Below, in pieces: positions 53,463-64,000 of a stretch of DNA of 64,000 bases. The notes beneath the pieces are model-generated. The model ran no database searches, was not told where the DNA came from, and saw nothing but the letters and a program-made list of their open reading frames with translations. The translations under genes and the position numbers were made by a program. The DNA lies in assembly GCA_951406725.2 (NCBI GenBank), contig OX597814.1, positions 132,494,001 to 132,558,000 of the forward strand. Direction: 5' to 3'. The number at the start of each line of letters is the position of its first letter. The stretch's first letter is position 1. Source of the DNA: Octopus vulgaris. Its lineage: Eukaryota.

Positions 53463-56400
53463 GTATCTTCCCCTATTCGGGATGGAAAGTAGGATGCCGG
53501 AGATCAACAACGAGAAGGAACGAGCAGAAAGCTACGCGTCGGTGGCTGGTAAACAGAACAAGACAGTATCACAGTTGAAAATGAGCGAAATTAAAATCCT
53601 CCATATTAATGTAAGTGAATGTTTCCATTATACAGAAAGAGAGGGGTCGAAAGTGAAGTTGATCCCCCTCGGAGAAATTAACCAAAAATGTGAAAAGAAA
53701 AAGAGTAACGTATGGAAGTTTGCGTTTCCTCCGAAAGAAGATTGAAGTGGATCCGGAGGAGGTCATTGAAAAATGTATCGAACCAAGGAAAGATGTCATC
53801 TCCTGCTACACCCGTGGTAGGACGTACGGTACCGTGGAGGTAAAATTTGCCACTATAGAGGTGGCAGAGAAGCGCACCACTGTACCAATAAGATCAGAAG
53901 AATGGCTGCTCCTGCCAACCTACCTAGGGAAGCGAGTCGCTAGGGTAAGGGTTGGCAGGATTCTGCCAGAGATAGAAGCGGTATGGACTGCAGAAGCCAT
54001 ACTTTCGGGAACAAAGAAAACCCAATAATTGCGCAGGCAACGCGGTCTCAGCAATTGAATTGCTGGGGTTATGACCTGGAATTAGTTGTCCAGCCCACCC
54101 AGACACACTTGAGCGGAATTCCGGAAGTGATTGAGTTACCGGAAAAAATTTGGAGGGGAGACCTCCAACTTCTTATGGCTGTGGCCAGAAGGGGCACATC
54201 TTTTTGATGTGCCCCCAAAAGGAACAAGAACCAAAGAATGTCAAGATCCTGACCAAGCTCGAAAACGTGGAGGTGGCGGAAGGGACTCAAGGTGCGACTG
54301 AAACGGATTTTCTTGAAGGTCGCCCATAAGAATAGCTGAACAAAGTAAATTTCGCCGCTGCAGATGGTATACTGAGAAAACTCTTAATGTGGGACCCGAA
54401 ATTTTAAATAAGCACAAATAGGTGTTTCAGAGAGAGGGACATGAATTGAAAGCCACCCTCCAAAGTGAATGTATAGAAAGCACTACCAAAAAAACAATTA
54501 TGTTCAAAAGTCTAGTAATTAAGGAGAAAAAAACTAGAAATAGCATCGAAAGAAGAAGTGGAGAAATATCTACAGCCTATTTGGTTTGACATTACCTTTG
54601 TGACAAGAGGCAAAAGATTTGCAACAATCATTGTGCATTTCAAAAGTGAGGAAAAAGCCAGGTAACACCCCATCAAACCCTTAAAAACACCCGATGTAGT
54701 GCTGCTACCAACCTACCTAGTAAGGCGCACTTCCAAAATAACGGTGGAAGAAATTTCTCCCGAGAAAAATGTTACCCGGCCTTGTGCAACACTCATCATA
54801 GGCTTAGAGGATAAAATATCGATCCTCGAAGCCACAAAAATCGAGCCAGAGGCTCGAAATAGTCATTCAAGCAGCATCTCATCACTAGATTGGAGAGGAG
54901 GCCAAGTTACGTGTGATGGTCGAGGGGAGGAGGCCTCGCTGCTTTAAATGTCCCTCCCCTCCCCAAACCTCCGAACCAACGACCACAGCTGATACAAAGG
55001 ATCCATCCATACAGGAAAACACTACCCCAAAAACCGAAAATAAGGAAACTAAAATACATAGGGCTACTGTAACGCACAAAAAATTAAAAAGGAGAAACAC
55101 CCAACCCACCCACTCTAGCCCCAGCACCAACAAAAGAAAATCTCCCCCAGCGGACACAAACGATTTTCAAATAGTCCACCCCAACTCCAACACTAACAAA
55201 AAGTAGCCAAATCTATCGCTCTCAGTCCTGAAAAGGAACTTCCCCTCCCCCTCTTCCCAACAGCAGCCGAGTTCAACTTAATGGCAATAAATGCGAAGAA
55301 TTATTTTTTGGCAGTAGAAGTGCATGATATACCATCTACAGAACCCTATAAAGAACATTACACCATCCTACCAGAGGGGATTCAAATTTATTCCATAGAC
55401 TGGATAAATTACAATATGTTGTGCTCCCGATTCCCCAACGATATAGGCCCTCTCAGAAAGGACTTTTGTACGTCCATGTACGAGGGCCTAACCAAAGAAT
55501 CCCCGCAAGACTATACTGAGAAGGGATTATAATCCTTTCTCTAACAAAGGTAAGACATTTTATGGATATACTCACTGTAGGATATTTAAATGTACGTGGC
55601 CTGGGGTCAGACTGGAAGCAAGGTCACTTTCTTAATGACATCAGGTTACATACATTGGATGTGATAGCGGCCACGGAAACCAGACTGAGTGGGATGTGAG
55701 CCTTTATCCCCACTCCTGAACGGTTACGAGAAATTTATTTCTCCATGCCAACCAGTGGGAGGGAGTGATGTCACAATTCCACTCAGGAAAAATCTGGCTT
55801 TCGAGATTAGAACAATTTTTATTGACCGGGAAGGCAAGTTGGTTGTCCTTGGTGTGACGATCACTAGTGGTAAAACATTCAGGCTGGTAGGTATCTACAC
55901 CTGCTTCAGGACTAGACAGTCTGACTAATTTAGAAGCCAAGAAAATCTAATAAGCTCGTCTCATACTTTAGTATTTTTAGGTGACTCTATCACAATCTGC
56001 GATGCATGCGCAGATTGTGTTGACTCGAATCCAAATAGAAAGGGTAACCCATGCTTCACCGCTCTGCTCAGTCGCTTTCAGCTGACAGACCAGTATAGAC
56101 TAGAATTTCCGGGCGCTCCAGTGTGGATATGGACGAACAGCAACGGATCTTCTAGATCTTATCTAAATAAGATTATAGTTAGACATAAGGATAAGAATAT
56201 AGCTAGTTGTCCACAGTTCCACTATGCCAGATACAGCGATCACAAGCTTGTGTCCTGTACGCTTGTCTTAGACAGGATATGTAGACAAGGACTCGGCTAC
56301 AAGAAACTCAACAGGTCTCTTTTGATCTGTGAGGAGTATAGGAATCGGATTAGTCAGCTAGTGAAGAGGGCTCTGACAGATGCCATTATTAACAATAAAT

Positions 56401-59140
56401 GGTGGCGTGCCCTCAAAAGAGCCATTAAGTCTGAGTCCTATTTAGTAAGGAATTAGCAAATTAGAAGAACAGAGTAGAAAGGGACTTAGTTAAGGCCCTA
56501 AAAGGAGCATTGCGGACTGGCAGTGCATCCAAAGTACTGGCCGCGAGATTGACGCTCAACCAACACCACGATACTAAACACGAAGGGTGCATTATCAGAG
56601 CTAGGCTTCGTACAATTGGACGAGAGGGATCAACGCTGCGAGAGGGGCTCGTGTCGTAGAAGCCCAACACGGTAATGATACCAAAATAAGGTCTATGACG
56701 AAGAAACACGGGCAATTGGTAAACGAACCAGAGATGTGCAAGGTTTTTTACGAGCATTTCGGCCAGCTTTTTGGGATGGGCGATGGACCGGAGCGCAAGA
56801 TGGACCCTACGGATTTCCTCACCGGTTTGCTGCATCTTTCGGTGCAGGAAGCGGAATGCTGTAAAAAGCTGATCACAGCTGCGGACGTAGAGTATGCTTT
56901 GTCGGATTGTCGTGGAGAGAGGTTATCAGGATTGGATGGTCTTCCCTACGAATTTTATTACAGCATGCCAGAATTATTTGGGCATTTACATTTTCACCAA
57001 TTGGCAGTAGAATAGGTTCATGCCCAAACCTTTGATCCGGGGAATGGTGACACTGCTAAGGAAGGACCCAGACAAAGGGGATCTAGTGAATAACTTTCGG
57101 CCCATCACTCCGCTGAACGCAGAGTTGAAGATTTTGGCCAAGGTATTAGCAAACACATTGGTGCGGGTCGTGGGTGGAATCGTCAGGGAGGCGCAAACTT
57201 GTGCTATCCCCAGCCGGTCCATACACGATATTCTCCATCTTATACGCTATACCTTAGAGCGGGTTAATAAGGTACCTGGCAAGGATGGGGCACTGGTCCA
57301 TTTAGACCAAGCTAAAGCTTTCGATAGGATCGGTATCTGGTGACGGTTCTCGCGGCAGTCGGGTTGGGCCCGATCTTTCGCAGTTGGATCATAGAGTTTT
57401 ACAGCAACAATCACTCGATCGATCGGGTGAACGGTTTCTTTTCAGAACCGTTCTCTATCAAGCGCTCGGTTCGTCAAAGATGTCTGCTCTCCCCACTTCT
57501 GTATGTACTGGCTCTCAAGCCCTTTCTGCGGAAGTTGGAGTGTATGAGTGGCTTCCTGCGAAATCTAGGTTGCAGAAGATCAGTGACGGCGTACATGGAT
57601 GACATCACCATCATTGTATCTAAGGCGAGACACCTACTGTGGGTAGCTGAAGCCGTTAAAGAATACGAGGTGGTGGCAGTAGCAATAATTAACCGGGAAA
57701 AGTCGGCCGGCTTGCAGCTCAGCACTTGGAGAGGCAAGTCATTGCCGTCCAAGAGCGTCGTGGGACGTTGGACAGACAGTCCGGTGAACAAGCTAGGGGT
57801 CTGGTTTGGGCCAGACCTCCAGTTAAAGAAAACTTGGAGCGAGATCACGAGCAGGATAGCCCATCTAACCCAGATCTGGTCTGGACGATGGCTATCCCTG
57901 AAAGGGAGGGCAGAGATCGCAAATGTGTTTATCGCATCTGTGATCACCTACCGCTTAACCGTCCTGTCTCGTCTCGATTCGTGGCTAAGCAAGTTGGAAC
58001 GATTGTTCTTCCGCTTCTTGTGGAAGGGCAAAGGACCTTTTGTAAGGCGCTCTATCTGTTGCCAACAACCGCTAAAGGGTGGGCTAGGGATACATTGGCT
58101 GATGATGCGCAAGCACGAGCTGAGACTAAGGCATCTTTGGCTTTACCTGGATGGTGAACGGGTGTGGGCTCCGTTCGTCAAACTGTTGCTTCCTATGTTC
58201 ACTAGTTTTAGTGAACTGGAACCATGGATCAAAAGTAGACCAAAGTTGGGTGCTTGGCAGACCGAGTGTCGTAAGGCACTCCTGCTCCTCTGCCGCACGG
58301 ACATGGGCGTTGCTGGTAGCATGGGTTTCACCTCGTCATTCTATAGAGGGTTGGTAGATGCCAAGTGTGATGACGCCCTGGGAGAAACCCTAGGCTTTGA
58401 CGATGGTCAACTAGCCAGCCTGTTCCGAAGGACATTCGGGCCGGGACCCTTGGACAACTTCCAGAGGTCCCTAACCTGGCAATGTTGCTAAGGAGCCTTA
58501 CCAGTCCACGATAACTCGCAAGGCACGGAGCCTTATGCTAACCCGCCTGCCCAAGATGTGGGCGGGAAGTGAAACTGTTCCACACGCATTTGGCAGTGTT
58601 CGAGGATTACAGAGCTGTGGGTTTACGTCGAACGACTGCTGTCACGTCTGGGAAGAGTACAGCTGTCGTCCGAGTCAGTTATAAAGATTGTTCTTCCCAC
58701 TCACTGAACAGAGAAGATAAGGTGTGTTTTCTCGTAGTGGTCTCTATAGCGAAAAAGGCTATATGGAAGACACGAACGAAAGGATTGGTGACAGGTATCT
58801 TCATCTCTTTGTTTTCCTTCTACGAAGGAAAATACGGTTAGAGTGGAGGTGTCATCGGATATGTATGGTAAAAGATGGAAGCAAGTGGTATACATGTTGG
58901 GAATGAAAGATCCTGCGTGTGTGTATAACGGGTAAATCAAAATGTCCAGTGGAGGAACGTGTCTTGCGGGGTCGTAACTGTCCGCACCACTTCATTGTAC
59001 TCTTGTATTGTTTGTTTTTCATTCGTCTTATTATCATAAATTTTTAATTCTTCATTTCTATGTATTTGCATACGCTTCCCGACCCCGTGTTCATGTTGTA
59101 TCGTTCCCTCTATGTTTGGCCCTCGTAGCTTGAATAAAAT
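53463..59140 (+). mobile_element. Near-full-length decayed Tx1/L1-like LINE (ORF1-like region, APE endonuclease, RT, zf-RVT)
   Basis: ORF2 starts at about 55562 with MDILTVGYLNVRGL...DVIAATETRL (APE), then YSDHKLV, GLDGLPYEFY, NFRPITPLNAELKILAKVL, LDQAKAFDRI, LSPLLYVLAL and YMDD. AATAAA at about 59133. Many stops and frameshifts. Related to the 16215 and 36426 elements. Confidence 0.9.
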
Positions 59141-59365
59141 TAATTCGTAATTTGAATGCTGAGTTTGACGTATTACAAGTTGCTGGTTATATTAATTGGT
59201 ATTTTAACTGTTGAATTTGCTGTTTTTCCATTTGTCATGTATTTAAAAAAAAACACTTGATTTTACTGTGTTTGACAGAATTGTGAACCTTTCTCCTCCT
59301 TGTGTGAAGGGGGAAATTATCATTGTTTTTGTGGCGTGTTTATACCCAAAATTATTAGTTGAAAA

Positions 59366-60215
59366 ATGAGTACTTCTTCTGAACCAATTTTGATCATGCC
59401 TATTGAAGAAGAAATGCTGAAAAAACCAGAAATCGAACCAAGAAATAACAAAGTTACAAATTTTGCAGGGGCAGCTGATGTAAACAAACTCATCAAGTAT
59501 AAAGGACTGATTCAAAGAGAATGGCACGAAGTGAAAGTGGCTCCTCCCAGTGAAGTGATGCACAACGCGTCCGTTATACTATTGCATATAAATCGTTTAT
59601 TGTTAAGAGCAAGAAATTGGATATGGCGTCGAAAGACGCTGTGGAGATACGCCTGAAGCCGGCATGGCAATATGTCACCTACTTGCCCAGGTGCAAGAGA
59701 TGTGCAACTATCAAGGTGAGGTTCAAAACTGAAGAAAAGGCCGGGCAACATTCCACGGCCTCCCTGAAATCTGCAGAGGTGGTCCTCCTACTCTCATACC
59801 TTGGACGACGCACTTCCAGGATAAGAGTAAGAGAAATCCCTCCAAAGGTGGATGTTGCCTGGTTGGTGGTGGCACTTGTGATGGGCCTGGAGGATAAAAT
59901 TTCCATCCTCCAGGCAACCAAAATAGAGCAACAAAACTGGCTAGGACAAGGGCTAGAGATATTGATACAAGCTGCCCCTGCTGACTTAGAGCAAATTGTG
60001 TAGACTATACAAGTGGGGGATGAGACCAGGCTTCGGGTGATAGTCGAGGGGTGGAAGCCCACATGCTACAAATGTGGTCAAAAGGGCCACATAAGAGCAG
60101 AGTGCAGGCTTCCCCACCATCCGAGAAAGATTCGGCTCCTCCACCTTCTGGAAAAGATACTGCACCCTCAACGACAGCTGAGGCAGCTCCTTAAGCAGAC
60201 ATCAAAATTAGAAGC
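59366..60215 (+). mobile_element. ORF1 (gag-like, CCHC knuckle) of another Tx1-like element, interrupted
   Basis: CYKCGQKGHIRAEC zinc knuckle. LSYLGRRTSRIRVREI...GLEDKISILQATKIE is homologous to the 54699-54947 segment. Confidence 0.75.
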
Positions 60216-60219
60216 AGAG

Positions 60220-61261
60220 ACACCAGTTGATAGCTTCCGTTACCTAGGTGACCAAGTCAGTAGCGGGGATGGATGCTCTGAGAGTGTAGCTGCTAAAATA
60301 AGAATAGCCTGGGCAAAGTTTAGAGAGCTTCCACCTCTGCTTGTGACAAAGGGCCTCTCGCTCAGAGTAAACGGTAGACTGTATGATGCATGTGTGCGAA
60401 CAGCCATGCTACATGGCAGTGAAACATGGGCCGTGACTGCCGAAGACATGCGTAAGCTTGCAAGAAATGAAGCTAGTATGCTCTGCTGGATGTGTAATGC
60501 CAGTGTACATTACATGACATAGTGTAAGCACTCTGAGAGAAAAGTTGGACATAAGACGCATCAGATGTGGTGTGCAAGAGAGACGATTGTGTTGGTATGG
60601 TCGTGTGTTGCTTATGGATGAGAACAGCTGTGTAAAAAGTGTCACACCCTAGCAGTAGAGGGAACCTGTGAAAGTGACAGACCCAGGAAAACCTGGGAGG
60701 AGGTGGTGAAGCACGACCTTCGAACGTTGGGCCTCACGAGGGCGTTGACAAGTGACCGAGACCTTTGGGGATATGCTGTGCTCGAGAAGATCCGGCAAGT
60801 GAGACCGTAACCGTGGCCTATTCCAGTGCAGCATAACCGGCCCATCTAAGAGTACCCTTCCATCATTGGGCAAAAAAACTGCGCTTGCGAAGACCTGTTG
60901 AGTCAAGTAAAGTCATTCTTATGAACGATGACAGTACCGCCTGATTGGCACCCTTGCCGGTGACACGTAAAAAGCACCATTCGAGCGTGATCGTTGCTAG
61001 TGCCGCCTGATTCGCTTCCGTACCGGTGGAACGTAAAAAGCACCATTCGAGCGTGGTCGTTGCCTCGTGCCGGTGGCACGTAAAAAGCACCCACTACACT
61101 CTCGGAGTCGTTGGCGTTAGGAGGAGCATCCAGCTGTAGAAACTCTCCCAGATCAGATTGGAGCCAAGTGCAGTCTTCTGACTTGCCAGCCCTCAGTCAA
61201 ACTGTCCAACCCATGCCAGCATGGAAAGCGGACATTAAACGACGACGACGATGACGACGAC

Positions 61262-61306
<45 letters not shown>
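60220..61306 (+). mobile_element. RTE-clade LINE 3' fragment with repeated 3' UTR motif and (GAT)n tail
   Basis: VDSFRYLGDQVS...RIAWAKFREL...RLYDACVRTAMLHGSETW is an RTE-type thumb. Three copies of ccggtg.cacgtaaaaagcacc at about 60956, 61023 and 61069. (GAC/GAT)n tail at 61241-61306. Confidence 0.85.
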
Positions 61307-62521
61307 AATTCATATATCCTTTTATAATTTTTTCCTTGTGTTTATAATTTATAAATAATTTTTTACAAGGTTTTTTTAAAAATAAAGTCACTGCGAATGG
61401 ACATCTTTATTTTCGTATATTTTTTAAGTATGCAATACTCATTAAATGTTTACATGCCCAGATCGGTTTAGCTATTGCTTCCACTTGTACTCCCTTATAC
61501 ATTTAGTATACCTCTAATTCAATTACCTCTTATATTCGATTCCATATTTTCAATATCTTATACTTATCCACTTGTAATAAAGAAAATTGTCCTTGTTATT
61601 GCTTTGATATATACTATGTAATCCTACTCACATGAAAATTTATTTTAGTTATACATTCATAGTAGAATGGTTTTATCCTGACCATCTTAATAGTATGCTT
61701 AGAAAATGTCTTAATAGTTTTTCTTGTGTATTAAAGAATTCCATTATTAGGTTTTAAGTTTAATTTCTATCACTCTTCTCTATAGTGATTTAAATTTTCT
61801 CAATTTAATATGATAAATTTGCTAAGTTATGAATCACTACCTCCTGTATCCCTCAATTCTAATTTCCACCCTTAAAACTTATCTCTTATCTCTTATTACT
61901 TATCTCTTTTGTTTTTCATTATATTCCCCTTTATTTGATAAACTAAGTAATTAACGACCACCCCTATCCTTCCTTCTTCTAGTTACCATCTCTTCCCCAT
62001 CAGTCATTCCCTTACTAGCAACTCTGCAACATGTCCCTTTATGTAGATAAAGCTAGATATATGGTTCCAGTACAATGAGGGTCTAGAAGATTGTCTGACA
62101 TTAATTGATTTATCACCATCAACTAGAATAAAGTTAACAACTCCCAATGGATTTAATTCAAAAATAGTTGAAGACTACATCTTCTAAATATAAATAACTA
62201 CATTACCATTCTTTTATCTTGACCCCCACTATTTTTCCTCTGCTACTCTCTAAATTAGAGGCAGGCTTAATAAGATATGAATTATTTTCTCAACTCATTC
62301 TGCTACAGATATAACACAAGGAAACAACGTAATTATTTTAGTTTCTGTTATTGATGTAAATTTGTTGAAAATGGTTTATCCTTTATGTTTGAAATCTATA
62401 TGGTCATCTGCATCTGAAGAGAATATTTTCTTTCAAATTGATATAGCGTTTTCATTCATCAATTAAATGGAGCCACTTGCAACAGCCATAATGTATTTAC
62501 AATCCTTCTCTCCCCCTCCCT

Positions 62522-62567
<46 letters not shown>

Positions 62568-62642
62568 ATATACACACACACACACGCACATATATGTGTG
62601 TAAGTATATAGACATACATATTGAGAGAGTGAAAGATACAGC

Positions 62643-62711
<69 letters not shown>

Positions 62712-63192
62712 AAAAAGAAAGAAATAAAGAAAGAAAGAAAGAAAGAATGACAAAGAGAGTTACATTGTTGGATATGTAGATACGTGGCAAAGATCATTTT
62801 TATGCAAACTATTCATACACCAGCTAAAAATATGTGTATGGCTGCTTACGAAATACACTTAATGTTGATAAGCTAATATGTGTATAAGAGAGGTCTGGGT
62901 TTTCCGATTTTCTGTATTATAGATACGACTGCTTTCAAATTACATACAAGTTACAATTCACTCGAGCGTGACTTAAAATGTTAGCTAAGTAAGGAAGTAG
63001 GTTAGGTACATTTTACTTTTCACTAAATACTGTTAGTAATGACAACATTTTCTTTTATCTATTTCATGTCACTACCTTACTCATATTTTCCATAATAACA
63101 AACAACAAGCATTAAGTTGCCCTGAAGTACATAAGATTTGAAATCTCTTTCTTACTATTTTATCTACGAAATTGTTGCTGGAGAACAAAACG

Positions 63193-63395
63193 ATGTCTCA
63201 CTATTCGATCTGCTTAATTATACTGTATATTTTACATGGTATCCTACAAGTATCGTGCTATAGCAATGGACATAATTTAAGAACAAAATCAATATCAGCA
63301 GGTGGAAAATGTCTAAAATATGATAGCTGTTCATGTACTTTCGAAAATGGTACAGAAATTAATCTACATTTTCTTGATACTAAACCAAGACCAAG
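63193..63395 (+). CDS. Probable first coding exon of a secreted or type-I membrane Cys-rich protein (possibly mannose-6-phosphate-receptor-homology/ATG27-like)
   Basis: ATG at 63193 in context AAACGATGT. Signal-peptide-like MSHYSICLIILYILHGILQVSC, then CLKYDSCSCTFENGTEINLHFL. The ORF ends at donor AAG|GTAAC (63395/63396). The family assignment rests only on motif resemblance. Confidence 0.55.
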
Positions 63396-64000
63396 GTAAC
63401 GCACTTTTTTATATTTTATGACAACTACGTATATTATTACTTCACTTAAGTTGTTAAAACGAATAGTTCTGTGTGAAGCTAGTTTGCTACGTGAGGTATA
63501 ATACTATTTTTGTAATCGAATTGATCTCTGTCTAATATAATTGCACGAGGCACAATAACTTAAACCATAACTAGATATGTGTTTTAACGATACAAATTTT
63601 TAAAGATGAACACAGCAATCATAACACAGACCTGATCCCTGAAACACCACTCTGAACAATAATCATCATAAGGGACTTCGATGCAACCGGCTTCCCGTCA
63701 CAACGAGAGCCAGTAGGTCTTGATCACTGGGATGGTGAGTGCCTCGACATACTGACCCTCTTTCCATACGAGGGAGGCAGATCCTTATTCTTATACGCTA
63801 TACACTGCAACACATTTTCCGTCTCCAACCTTGCTGTATCGGTGTCAACCCAGCTACCGACACCCTTAACACAGAGGAGAGGAAGATATATAAACAAAGG
63901 GGCCTGACTGTGTTTGTACTAGTCGCCATTGAGTACGTAGGTGTTCTTGAACCCTACACTACTGATTTCCTCCGTAAAATAGGGATAATAGCAGCTCTTC

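Noticed and set aside
60956-61092. Three spaced direct repeats resembling a CRISPR array
   Set aside because: Eukaryotic context, spacers related to each other and of unequal length, located within an RTE 3' UTR, and no cas genes.
63600-64000. Possible LINE endonuclease relic (IIIRDFDA, similar to GDFNA)
   Set aside because: A single weak motif, too degraded to support a feature call.

Overview
AT-rich, microsatellite-dense eukaryotic DNA. The SINE repertoire and gene content suggest an octopus or other coleoid cephalopod genome (inference). Bases 1-48093 are a tandem segmental duplication with a period of about 19-20 kb (units start at 1, 18989 and 39161; the third is cut by a 100-N gap at 48094-48193). 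The array carries five intact two-exon interleukin-17-like genes in alternating orientation (+,-,+,-,+). Each has a 15-nt coding first exon (MNSTK or MNTTN, then GTAAGT) that the ORF track misses, a phase-0 intron, a cystine-knot second exon, a conserved ETS/kB-like/TATA promoter and a conserved UGU-triloop stem-loop in the 3' UTR. The introns of both minus-strand genes hold a near-complete U6 snRNA copy fused to a SINE/LINE-type 3' tail, a candidate U6 retro-chimera, at the point where homology with the plus-strand introns stops. Both minus-strand promoters have a 5'-truncated Tx1/L1-like LINE inserted in a (GATA)n tract that is uninterrupted in the plus copies. The units also carry R4/Dong-like, mariner and tRNA-SINE relics. 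After the gap lie a Helitron helicase fragment, CR1-like relics, a near-full-length decayed Tx1-like LINE with repeated ORF1-like modules, an RTE fragment, and the first exon of a probable secreted or type-I membrane protein.
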